From: Candidatus Saccharimonadales bacterium
GTDB taxonomy: Bacteria > Patescibacteriota > Saccharimonadia > Saccharimonadales > JBGSXW01
Direction: 5' to 3'
Length of the DNA: 64,000 bases
Assembly (NCBI GenBank): GCA_041751215.1
Contig: JBGSXW010000002.1
Coordinates: forward strand, 286,591 to 350,590
Shown here: piece by piece, positions 27,881 to 36,907 of the stretch
Position numbering within the stretch: the first letter of the stretch is position 1
How the letters are laid out: each line of letters opens with the position of its first letter
Position numbers and translations under genes: made by a program
The notes under the pieces: model-generated
Databases searched by the model: none
What the model was told of the DNA's origin: nothing
Seen by the model: the letters and a program-made list of their open reading frames with translations, nothing else

Positions 27881-29185
27881 CTAAGCTGCAACGTTTACGC
27901 TAAACTGCTCGCCCGCTCTAACGTTATCTAGAGATTCTCGGCTACGGCCGGTGTCTAAGGCGATTTCATCTATTAGGGTGTTTATTCGATCATCCTCTAG
28001 GCCAAGCTCCCGAAGCTCACTCCAAAGATATCCACCTTCTGGTATGGTTACTTGTTGCACCTCTGGCGCGGGCATTACAGGGGTGGCAGGCGGCGCAACC
28101 GGCCATGCTTGCTCAGTGGCAGGAGTAGGTTCTGAGGGCACTAAATTATCGCCCAGATCATTCAGAGCTTCTGACTCCTCAACCGCCGGGACCAAGCTGA
28201 TCTCTGGTGCACGAGCCTTTACTTCATTGAACATCTCACTAATGGCGCTGGGGCTCGTGTTGGGGCTATAGCCTTTTGCAAACTTATACATTTGCAGGGC
28301 GCCGTAGCCAAGTGCCAACACTCCAACCGCAGCTGCTCCAACAAAGTTACGCTTACCTTTTTGCTCCCAGGTAGTTTGACGCTCAACCCATCTGTTAATT
28401 GCTCCGCCAGCCACCTCGGTTGCGCGGTCTGCAGTGTTTCGATAAGTCATACCGGCCGTGTAAGAAAGTGTGGATACAGACTCTTTAGCTGATTTAACCC
28501 TTCTGAGGGCGCGGCTAACAAGCGTATTGCGTCTAAAAGCTGGCTGATATTTATCGGCGTCATCTTTTGCGAGCTTTGGGATACCAAGGTAAGTTACCAG
28601 ATGTTCTTTTCGGTTATGTAGCGCAACGGCCTCTGTTTTTGGCCCTCGCTCCGGATGAAACTTGTACTTAGTGACTGCATCAAAAGCCCTCAATAAACCG
28701 CGCCGAGTCTCGATTGCTCGGGGTGAGCTGTCCTGTGGAAAGCGCAATTTTGGCTCTGGTTTAGTGTCAAAAATTTCGTGATTTGCTTTAGCCAATAGTT
28801 CGTCTACAGGGGTGGTTGAATGAGCCAATTGTCGGGCACGCTGCAGCACTTGACCTTCAAATTCTTCAAGTTCTACCTCTGTTGGAGGCAAAAACTGCTG
28901 TCCAACTTCAACTGGGGAGATAGTTCCGGGGTCGCGTTCGAGTTGCAGTGGCCCCCTATTAGGATCAACTTCGATCGCTGGCTTGCGCAAACGAACGGGC
29001 CTGTGCGGTAAGGCTGCTTCTCCAGCAATATCAGAGCGACGAATAAAATCTAAGTAAATTCCGGGGTCGCTTACTCCATCAGTAAGATCAATAACTTCCT
29101 CAGGAAACAATCCTTCGTACTCATCTGATTCTGTAGATCTGCCTTGGTCTATGGTCATATTTTCACTATGGCATAAAATCGACAT
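27881..29185 (-). CDS. Hypothetical membrane protein with C-terminal LysM-like segment
   Basis: 434 aa with one TM helix (FVGAAAVGVLALGYGALQMY). C-terminus VTIPEGGYLWSEL...GEQFSVNV. Confidence 0.6.
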   Translation of the reverse strand: MSILCHSENMTIDQGRSTESDEYEGLFPEEVIDLTDGVSDPGIYLDFIRRSDIAGEAALPHRPVRLRKPAIEVDPNRGPLQLERDPGTISPVEVGQQFLPPTEVELEEFEGQVLQRARQLAHSTTPVDELLAKANHEIFDTKPEPKLRFPQDSSPRAIETRRGLLRAFDAVTKYKFHPERGPKTEAVALHNRKEHLVTYLGIPKLAKDDADKYQPAFRRNTLVSRALRRVKSAKESVSTLSYTAGMTYRNTADRATEVAGGAINRWVERQTTWEQKGKRNFVGAAAVGVLALGYGALQMYKFAKGYSPNTSPSAISEMFNEVKARAPEISLVPAVEESEALNDLGDNLVPSEPTPATEQAWPVAPPATPVMPAPEVQQVTIPEGGYLWSELRELGLEDDRINTLIDEIALDTGRSRESLDNVRAGEQFSVNVAA

Positions 29186-29821
29186 AAATTCTAGTGTTTA
29201 ATGTGGCGCTGGCCATCTATAAACATTGTATAATCATGGTGCTAAAGCTATTGACATAAACATTATAAAGTGGTAGTATTCATAAGTCATCGTTTTGCGG
29301 CATGTGAGGTGGAGAGCTCGGAGACGAGCAACCTACACGCCCTGGCGGTTGGGCACATCAACATTTGTATATCTGTCCCTATCTCAAATCGAGCAATCGA
29401 TAGGAGTAGGGATTTTTATATGCAAACGGTGTGCTAGCCATTTTGGGCGGCCTTCTATGAGGCCGGAAACCTATCTAAACAGGTGGGCCAAAGCGATTGG
29501 GTACGTTAACAGTTAAGTCAAATCATTAGTCTATATAAATCTTCAGAGTCTGAGGGCAGGCTGGTGCGTATGCAGACCATATATGCCGCAATCTTATGGT
29601 TCGCGTACACACCACTCTGCTCTCAGGTGTTCGTCAGTTGGCGAACGCATTCTGAAGCAGTAAATGACTACTATACACTCAACGCAAAGGCAGTTTTGCA
29701 GCTCGGCTTCAGAAGCAGCACTTTGGTTACTAGTTTAATTATTAGTCGCTAAAGTGCTGTTTCTGGACAAAGCATGCAAAGCAATTCCCATCCCGTCCGC
29801 TCGAGACCCTAAGGAGGTCCC

Positions 29822-30889
29822 ATGAGCAAGCCAAAGACAAGCAAGTGGAAGCGAGGTGTTTACTCCAGCCTGGCAATCATTGTCCTCGGCAGCCTCCTTT
29901 CGGTGGCTGTGCTCTCCCATTCGGGAGACGGCAATGCACAGGCAGAAGAGGAGGCACCGGCAACTGCAGCACCGCCGACCACGGAGGCGCCGACCAGTGC
30001 CACCACCGAGGAACCTGTTCCGGAGTGCACCACGTGGACGATCGAGGAGATCGACGACGAGGACACCCACCAGGTCATCCCCGGGGGTCTCGAGGCCATT
30101 CGCGCCGCCGAGACCGAGGAGGAGGCACGCGAGGCCATCGACGTGTACATGCGAGAGATTCGGAGAGATCCGGATGTCTTCGTGGGCAACATGGCGTACT
30201 TCTTCGAGCCCGAGCAGATCATCGCTGTCAGCGAGGTCTTCGACGAGCACGGGTGCGCCACGCCAGCCGCGGACAACATGTACGTGCAGGTGTCCGTCAA
30301 GCTCGGTTTGAGCTGGATGGCTCCCGATGAGGCCCCAGAAGTAGGGACCAATTCGGGTGTGAACGACGACGGCGACGTCGTGGTGGCTGAGCAGCCCGGG
30401 ATCACCGGTGACCGTGCGGCCATCAAGATCGTTCTGCCTGATGGCACGGAGCTGTGGATCATGGCCCGTTGCGGCAACATCGTGTCGGAGAATCCTCCGC
30501 CACTCCCCCCAGGGGAAACAGATGAGCCGCCGACAGGTGGTCCGCCGTCACCTCCGCCGCCTCCGCCGCCGCCACCTCCGCCGCCACCTCCGGGTGACGA
30601 GCCGAAGTGCTTCGACGAGAACGGCAACCCCGTGTACGACGCGGCCTTCTGTGGCACTCCCGAAGGCGGACCCGAATACATCCCGCCCACAGAGGATCTG
30701 CCACCCGTCAACACCGGCCCCACACCAGGTGCCCCTGAGACGCCTCCACCGGTATCCGTACCGGAAGAGACGACCCCAGAGGAAGACGACGCGGTCGCCA
30801 ACCCCGAGACTCCCCCGGAGATCGAGGACGACCCCCCCGCGCCGCCGCCCCCACCTGGTGAGGATCCGCCTCCGCCGCCGCCCCCCTGA
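29822..30889 (+). CDS. Secreted/anchored proline-rich acidic protein (GC-rich island)
   Basis: 355 aa with RBS AAGGAGG, an N-terminal signal-anchor, poly-Pro runs (PPSPPPPPPPPPPPPPPGDEP) and a C-terminal PPPPPPP. The opposite-strand Gly-rich ORF is a shadow. Confidence 0.7.
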   Translation: MSKPKTSKWKRGVYSSLAIIVLGSLLSVAVLSHSGDGNAQAEEEAPATAAPPTTEAPTSATTEEPVPECTTWTIEEIDDEDTHQVIPGGLEAIRAAETEEEAREAIDVYMREIRRDPDVFVGNMAYFFEPEQIIAVSEVFDEHGCATPAADNMYVQVSVKLGLSWMAPDEAPEVGTNSGVNDDGDVVVAEQPGITGDRAAIKIVLPDGTELWIMARCGNIVSENPPPLPPGETDEPPTGGPPSPPPPPPPPPPPPPPGDEPKCFDENGNPVYDAAFCGTPEGGPEYIPPTEDLPPVNTGPTPGAPETPPPVSVPEETTPEEDDAVANPETPPEIEDDPPAPPPPPGEDPPPPPPP

Positions 30890-31177
30890 AGTACCTACTT
30901 CTTCGCATCCGCGGAGAAGCTGTCAGCGTTGGGTTGAGAGTACGCCTCGGCGTATGAGTAGTCCCCTGGAGGTGTGTGTTGTGTTTCGCCAATGGCGAAT
31001 GTCTTTAATGACAAACATAACACCACCTCCAGTTCTCACCCCTTTTAATAATTTTGTATCTACTAATGATTTGACTTGACTGAGCCCGTTAGCGCACATT
31101 AACAATCCGGTACCGTAAAGTGAAAATTTAAGTTAGTGTGTGCTATTTATTAAGTACGTTTTAAAGAAGGAGGAGAT

Positions 31178-32629
31178 ATGCGTAAATTTACGAATCTCAT
31201 TAAACGATTCCCTCGTATGTTTACTAGCTTCCTTACTCTTGCAATGGTTGGTGTCATTGGCGTTAATGCCTTTGCTGCTCCAGCTGTTCGTATCGAGAGT
31301 AACCTAGCAGTTGCAAACGTAACCCAGGGTGACACAGAGTACAAATCTAGTGTCAATGCCGGTTACGACGAAGTGATTCGTGTTAAGTTGTGGTATCACA
31401 ACATGGAAGATGAAGATAGTGGTAAGGTTGCTAACAACCTAACCGCCAAGATCAACGCGCCAACCCAACCAGGTAAAACGCAGGTGATCCGTGGAACTAT
31501 CTCAGCCGATAACGGCAATACAGTTAATACCTCAGCTACCGTCAATCTTGACCGTAGCGATGCTTACCTGGAATACATCCCAGGTAGTGCTCAATGGCGT
31601 CACAACGCTGGCACCAATGAAAATGTAAACTATGTTACTACTCAAATTAGTGACAATGTTGCAACCAGTGGTGCTGGTTTACGACTCGAAAACGCAAAGC
31701 CTTGTTTCAACTTTGAAGCTAGCGTTTACGTTCTATATCGAGTTCGTGTTCCTGCAATTGAGTTCAACAAGCAGGTTTCTACTCCCGGCAACCCTGATGG
31801 TTGGATGGAAGAAGTAACTATTGAACCTGGTGACCGAGTTAAATTCCTATTTAGCTTGCGTAACCGTGGCAACGACCAGCTCGACAATGTTATTGTCGGC
31901 GACGTTATGCCAGAAGGTCTTACCTATACGCCAGGAACGCTTCACCTAACCAATGGTAACCACCCCAATGGTACTAAGCTTTCTAGCGACAACATTGCCA
32001 GTGGCGGTGTGAACTTACGTTCATTCGCTCCTGGTGGCTGGGCATACGTAACATTTGAAGCAACTGCTGATGAAGCCGAAGCTTTTGAATGTGGCGTAAC
32101 TAGCCTAACAAACACCGGTGTGGTCACATCAGACCAGACCGACAACCAAACTGACGATGCAGACATCGACATCAACCGCGAATGTATCCCTGAGGGAGAC
32201 TTCAAGTGTGATGTTCTAAATGCTAAGCGACTACATGGCCGAAACTACGAGTTTACCGCTCGAGCCGACGCTAATGACGCTACCATTGAGTCATACGTAT
32301 TCCAGTTTGGTGATGGCGAAAGCCAAGTCGTTGAAAGTGATGGCACTCAAGTAGTTGTCAATCACCGATACGCTAACCCAGGCACATATAACGCCCGAGT
32401 TACTGTTCGTGCCAATGTTGATGGGGAAACCCAAACCGACACTGGTGCTGAATGTGCAGTAAAGATTGATACCGACAAGCCGGCCGTACAACCGCCTGCT
32501 AAGGTATTGCCTGAGACTGGTCTAACCAGTGTCATTGGCGCAATCTTCGGTACCGGAAGCCTAGCAGCTGCCGTTCGCGGATGGTTTATTAGCCGCCGCT
32601 CACTCAAGAATACCCTGCTCGACGTTTAA
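31178..32629 (+). CDS. LPXTG-anchored surface protein (DUF11-like and PKD-like repeats)
   Basis: Signal peptide, a PKD-like segment FGDGESQ...YANPGTYNARVTV, and a C-terminal sorting signal of LPETG, a TM helix and RRS. Backbone (about 40% GC) composition. Confidence 0.8.
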   Translation: MRKFTNLIKRFPRMFTSFLTLAMVGVIGVNAFAAPAVRIESNLAVANVTQGDTEYKSSVNAGYDEVIRVKLWYHNMEDEDSGKVANNLTAKINAPTQPGKTQVIRGTISADNGNTVNTSATVNLDRSDAYLEYIPGSAQWRHNAGTNENVNYVTTQISDNVATSGAGLRLENAKPCFNFEASVYVLYRVRVPAIEFNKQVSTPGNPDGWMEEVTIEPGDRVKFLFSLRNRGNDQLDNVIVGDVMPEGLTYTPGTLHLTNGNHPNGTKLSSDNIASGGVNLRSFAPGGWAYVTFEATADEAEAFECGVTSLTNTGVVTSDQTDNQTDDADIDINRECIPEGDFKCDVLNAKRLHGRNYEFTARADANDATIESYVFQFGDGESQVVESDGTQVVVNHRYANPGTYNARVTVRANVDGETQTDTGAECAVKIDTDKPAVQPPAKVLPETGLTSVIGAIFGTGSLAAAVRGWFISRRSLKNTLLDV

Positions 32630-32683
32630 TCAAACGTCCCGCGGTGGTATACTTGAGCCATTGACTGGCCGCTCAAGGTGCCA

Positions 32684-32720
32684 AACACCCCCGTTCTTTA
32701 TTGGACGGGGGTGTTTTAGT
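32684..32720 (+). terminator. Intrinsic terminator
   Basis: AACACCCCCGT-tctttattgg-ACGGGGGTGTT followed by TTTAGTTT. Confidence 0.7.
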
Positions 32721-32847
32721 TTGAAGATTTTTCTCTAATACACATTAAAAGGAAAAGGTCTGTTTAGAGGTTAGCTGCTGGTTAGGCAGAAAACATAAAC
32801 AGACCTTAGTCCCTGACCCATCCCAAGGGAAGAATCAACCGGTATCA

Positions 32848-35184
32848 CTACCAGTTGTCGCGGTCTCCGCACGTCATAGCCGATATTTCTTGTAGCGGTC
32901 TCGCTTCCGAGAACACGCTCCAAGACACGTCGCCTGTGCCGTACCACTCACCTTGCATGACATACCAACGGTTGTTTCGATGCTCTACGGAGTAGAACTC
33001 ATCACGTCCGTCGGCATTCGCGTCACACTCAACCGCGAACAGTGGTGGAGCAATACCATTCCAGATATCCCAGGTGGTTCCGTTTACTGCGTTGATGCGA
33101 CGAATCGAGCCGCCTCCGTCAAGGTGAACCTTAACTTCATCAACGCCGTTGCCGTCCCGGTCTCCGCACGTCATAGCAGTTATGCCCCGCCCATCAAAGT
33201 CAGCAGAAAATTGCCTCCACTGTCCATTCTGAGCGTTGGGCCGCTTGCCCTGCATGACGTACCATCGGTTGTTGCGAAACTCCGCCGAGTAGATCTCGTC
33301 TTGGTTGTCGCCGTTTACATCACACTCCACAAGGAAGTGTGACTTGGCGAGTCCCGAAAACATAACCCACGTCTGTCCGGTCTGAGAATTGATTCGGCGA
33401 ATTGATCCTCCGGTTAGGTGGACCTTCACTTCATCGTTTCCGTTACCGTCACGGTCGCCACAACTGATGGCATTGATAGTGTTTCCATCGAAGTCGGCTG
33501 AAAAAACACTCCAACCGCGCTCCGACCCTGATTTGCCCCACGTGCCTTGCATGACGTACCAACGATTGTTGCGAAACTCCGCCGAATAAAGCTCGGTTTC
33601 GCCGTCACCGTCAGTGTCACACTCAACACGACCCTGGCCCGCCATGATGCCCTCCCACATTTCCCACGTCTGACCCGTTGCTGGGTTGATTCGGTATGTC
33701 GATCCATTGCGGTGGATCTTAACCTCCTCGTGACGATACGGATTTGGAGTGGAACTCTGACCGCAATTACCGCTCACCAGCGGGTGAGTTGTAAAACGAT
33801 CACCACTTGGCTTCACCGGCCCCCAGTTCAGGGAACCGCCAGTCAGAACCAAAGGCTTCATGACGCCGCCAACTAGCTGCTCGTAGTGCAGGTGAGGCCC
33901 GGTTGTAAAGCCGGTCTCGCCAACACGACCGATGATCTCACCCTGCCGAACATGCCGGTTCGATGAAAGCAGCCCTGCAGCTTGAAGGTGAGCCATTCGG
34001 TGCATGCGGCCAGTTGCGTCGATTACCTCAACGTAGTGACCGTAGCCGTTTGGATCCCACTTAACCACTGCGTGCCCCGTTGCCGGAGCTGCCACCAACG
34101 TGCCCTTGTCTACAGGCAAGTCAATGGCATTGCTGTGGTCGTAGGATCCACCCCCAGGCAGCCCGATTGAGCCGTAGGTCGAAGCATACGGCGAGACCTC
34201 CCCACAACTCAGCGGGAGATTGCTGTAAACATTCGGCCCCGACGGAACCCCGATGGCCGGTAGCGGGTCCGAAAACCCGCCGCCAATGCCAAAGCTATTC
34301 CGGCGCTGGAAGAGCCGAAGCGCGATGGCCTGATGGCCACGCGCATTGGGATGCCACCATTGATCGGTGTCTCCGGTTGGAAAACCATTGGCAAAGCCTG
34401 TTGGATTGATCCAGTCGTCAAGCGGTCCGCAAACCTCGTGATTGGCGAATAGATCCATGACCCCAACGTAGGACAGTCTGTAGGCATTCGACAGATTCAA
34501 CTCCGCCACTAGGCCTGCCTGCATGTCACTCGCAGACTCACTCAACGCTCTGATGCGCGCACCCGACGGATAATTCCCGTCTTCGAGCGTGTAAATTGGA
34601 TTCCCGTGGCAGTTATCCAGCAGGTATGGATATCCAACCAACACGATTTGAGCATTCGGGAACTCATTCAGGATGCGCACCAGCTGATCGCGCGTCCGAC
34701 TGCGGATTGTGCCGATCAGAGCCTCTGCCTGATTAAGTCGAGCGTCACACACCGACCGTATATTGAAAATCAGGCAATAAGTCACGATCTCCTTGAAGCC
34801 CGCATCGTTGCCTCCAACCGTCAACAACACAATGTCGGCAGCACTGCGCGTAGATGAGTTGAATAGCGAGATCTGCTGGGGGATGTTCGACGTGGTTGCT
34901 CCACTACAGGCTGTAACGCCAACAGTGGTTGACCACCCTGCTGTACGCAGTAGGTCGCTGAACTCATACGCATAGCTGGCATGTGACTCATAGCAGCCGG
35001 GCACGTTTGGGTCATAGCTCCCAGCACCATTCCCGGCCGTAAACGAATCACCGAGCGCAACGATGTCAACGTGCTCCTTCGCTGCTTCAGCATCGCTGGC
35101 TGACCCAGCGAGACTCAACAACGAGCACATCACACTCACGACCACAAAGGTCGCGATTTGCCGGAAATTCCGGTGCTTTTTCAT
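32848..35184 (-). CDS. Secreted multidomain protein: SGNH/GDSL hydrolase + M23 peptidase + three 99-aa Ca-binding-type (FG-GAP/VCBS-like) repeats (GC-rich island)
   Basis: 778 aa with a signal peptide, the GDS block VALGDSFTAGNG, the M23 motif HYVEV...GETGFTTGPHLHYEQ, and repeats CD.DGDG..E.YSAEFRNNRWYVMQG / CGDRDGNG.DEVKVH. One sampled line is 35/60 G+C. Confidence 0.85.
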   Translation of the reverse strand: MKKHRNFRQIATFVVVSVMCSLLSLAGSASDAEAAKEHVDIVALGDSFTAGNGAGSYDPNVPGCYESHASYAYEFSDLLRTAGWSTTVGVTACSGATTSNIPQQISLFNSSTRSAADIVLLTVGGNDAGFKEIVTYCLIFNIRSVCDARLNQAEALIGTIRSRTRDQLVRILNEFPNAQIVLVGYPYLLDNCHGNPIYTLEDGNYPSGARIRALSESASDMQAGLVAELNLSNAYRLSYVGVMDLFANHEVCGPLDDWINPTGFANGFPTGDTDQWWHPNARGHQAIALRLFQRRNSFGIGGGFSDPLPAIGVPSGPNVYSNLPLSCGEVSPYASTYGSIGLPGGGSYDHSNAIDLPVDKGTLVAAPATGHAVVKWDPNGYGHYVEVIDATGRMHRMAHLQAAGLLSSNRHVRQGEIIGRVGETGFTTGPHLHYEQLVGGVMKPLVLTGGSLNWGPVKPSGDRFTTHPLVSGNCGQSSTPNPYRHEEVKIHRNGSTYRINPATGQTWEMWEGIMAGQGRVECDTDGDGETELYSAEFRNNRWYVMQGTWGKSGSERGWSVFSADFDGNTINAISCGDRDGNGNDEVKVHLTGGSIRRINSQTGQTWVMFSGLAKSHFLVECDVNGDNQDEIYSAEFRNNRWYVMQGKRPNAQNGQWRQFSADFDGRGITAMTCGDRDGNGVDEVKVHLDGGGSIRRINAVNGTTWDIWNGIAPPLFAVECDANADGRDEFYSVEHRNNRWYVMQGEWYGTGDVSWSVFSEARPLQEISAMTCGDRDNW

Positions 35185-35348
35185 AAACCACTCTCCTGTG
35201 GTCAGGGCGCACGGGGCGCAACTAGTTGTGTACTTCCCTTAAGATTTTAAGGAACTGAGACTCGTAGCCCCATGACAACCATGCTAGCCATCGCTTTACT
35301 CAACAGAAAGCACGAACGCTTTGTTTTAATCAAGTTTTAATCCAGTAG

Positions 35349-35765
35349 TTAAATATCGCCAAGGGCGTTGATCAAGAATGGAACTGACAGCAACGTTATG
35401 ACCACTGTGGATGTGGCGATAAGTACCCGCAATTTTTCATCATTACGTTTCTTTCTGAAAATTGGGTAGTGCAGCAACACGAGTATTTGCAGCAAAATAA
35501 AGACATACAAATCTTGTTGCAGAACGTTATCGACAACCACATCAAGGATGGGTACATCTAGCATATTTGCCAGTAGCGTGTAATAAAGCGCCCCAACTAT
35601 GATTAGGACTGAGCCTGCTAGGTTGGTGATGCCAATGTACCTTTGGCTAGACGTGTATTTTATTGACAGCACATAAAGCAGAGTGACCAGAATGGTGACA
35701 AAGCAGACCATAAAAAGATAGGTCTGCGGCAAAGACAGAGAGGCAAAGTTGACTAAGAAGTTCAT
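35349..35765 (-). CDS. Multi-TM membrane protein (paralog A)
   Basis: 138 aa starting MNFLVNF. Its upstream region is duplicated with that of 35837-36298. Confidence 0.6.
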   Translation of the reverse strand: MNFLVNFASLSLPQTYLFMVCFVTILVTLLYVLSIKYTSSQRYIGITNLAGSVLIIVGALYYTLLANMLDVPILDVVVDNVLQQDLYVFILLQILVLLHYPIFRKKRNDEKLRVLIATSTVVITLLSVPFLINALGDI

Positions 35766-35836
35766 GCCTAAATTATACAGACTCGGCTTGTTTTGATAAG
35801 GGTTTGGATTTAAAAATTAATCGGATTTTAATTTTG

Positions 35837-36298
35837 TCAAAAGAGCATACTAATAAAGCTAAGAGCAAACAGCAGTACCGAACCAGCTTTTGCAAGAATA
35901 TTGACGGGGTTATCTCTGCCAACAATAAACCTCTGAGTCAAGTTAAACAAAAGCTGAAGAGTTAAAAATAGCTGAACTGGGTTTGCTTCTGGGCGAACAA
36001 ATTCATTTAGACCTCTAATCAGAGATTCAGTAAGGCTGGTGTGTTGCGTGTTCTCGGTTTGTACCGCTACGGCCAGTATTCCCAGCCCGAGAACGATTGC
36101 TAGGTGCGCCCAGCCGAGCAGCACTCTTTCCTTTTGACGTAGGCTTTGCACAAAAAGTGCCACCGAAACAATTAACAACGTAATAAAAAGGGGTACCGCA
36201 ACAGCAAAGATCATAATGCCAAACGGCGTATCGCAGGCCAAGACAAACTCCCCGGGAGAATCCGAGCAGATCCAACCAAAGTTCGTCAAAAAGTTCAT
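35837..36298 (-). CDS. Multi-TM membrane protein (paralog B)
   Basis: 153 aa starting MNFLTNF. It has the same TATAAT-6 nt-ATG arrangement as paralog A. Confidence 0.6.
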   Translation of the reverse strand: MNFLTNFGWICSDSPGEFVLACDTPFGIMIFAVAVPLFITLLIVSVALFVQSLRQKERVLLGWAHLAIVLGLGILAVAVQTENTQHTSLTESLIRGLNEFVRPEANPVQLFLTLQLLFNLTQRFIVGRDNPVNILAKAGSVLLFALSFISMLF

Positions 36299-36371
36299 GC
36301 CTAAATTATACAGACTCAGCTACGCTTTGCGTACTTTTGTTCTCAAAAATTAAGGTGTTTTTAATTTTTAG

Positions 36372-36608
36372 CTACTTGTTGCCACCATAAATCTTGGCGC
36401 CCAGGTTGATGATAATCGAGGCCAAAGCGATGATCGCTAGGCTTCCCAGCGATCGCCACACTAGGTCACTGTCAGTGTCGATAATCTCCCAAATTGAAAA
36501 AACTGACAGCAAAGCAAAGCCGACTCCGCTGACTACCAAAACAATTGCCGATACGTGACGGACTGTTGTTACAACTGATGATTGATTGTTGCTTCCGTTG
36601 GTTAGCAT
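36372..36608 (-). CDS. Small two-TM membrane protein
   Basis: 78-aa hydrophobic ORF. Confidence 0.5.
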   Translation of the reverse strand: MLTNGSNNQSSVVTTVRHVSAIVLVVSGVGFALLSVFSIWEIIDTDSDLVWRSLGSLAIIALASIIINLGAKIYGGNK

Positions 36609-36697
36609 CTTATCTCCTGTATCTTATTTGGTTATGATTATAACCTAAAGTACATTGAAGTTTTAAATCGGGTGGTGCCTGGTCTACAATAGTTAAT

Positions 36698-36907
36698 ATG
36701 TCTAGTAAAAAACGCAGCAAGAAATACACCGGAGCAGATGCCGCTCAAAACAAGCCGCACGTAACTCGCTATACCGCGGTTAAGAAATCTCGAGCAAAAC
36801 AGTGGTGGGATGACCGAAAACTCATGATACTTGGCATTGGCTTGCCAGCTGTAGTTGTTGGCGGAATTGGCCTGCTGTTATTTTGGCTTATCAGCTGGAT
36901 CTTTTAG
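36698..36907 (+). CDS. Small protein with basic N-terminus and one TM helix
   Basis: 69 aa. TACAAT lies 7 nt before the ATG (leaderless geometry). Confidence 0.5.
   Translation: MSSKKRSKKYTGADAAQNKPHVTRYTAVKKSRAKQWWDDRKLMILGIGLPAVVVGGIGLLLFWLISWIF

Noticed and set aside
29845-31079. 313-aa Gly-rich minus-strand ORF (29860-30801) and Arg-rich plus-strand ORFs (29845-30330, 30408-31079).
   Set aside because: They are alternative-frame and antisense shadows of the proline-rich gene 29822-30889, since CCG/CCC runs read as GGN or CGN. None has a start context.
32950-33840. Regularly spaced repeats as a possible CRISPR array.
   Set aside because: The period is 297 nt, the repeats lie inside one long ORF, and they translate into homologous 99-aa protein repeats. 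No short repeat/spacer organisation exists anywhere in the window.
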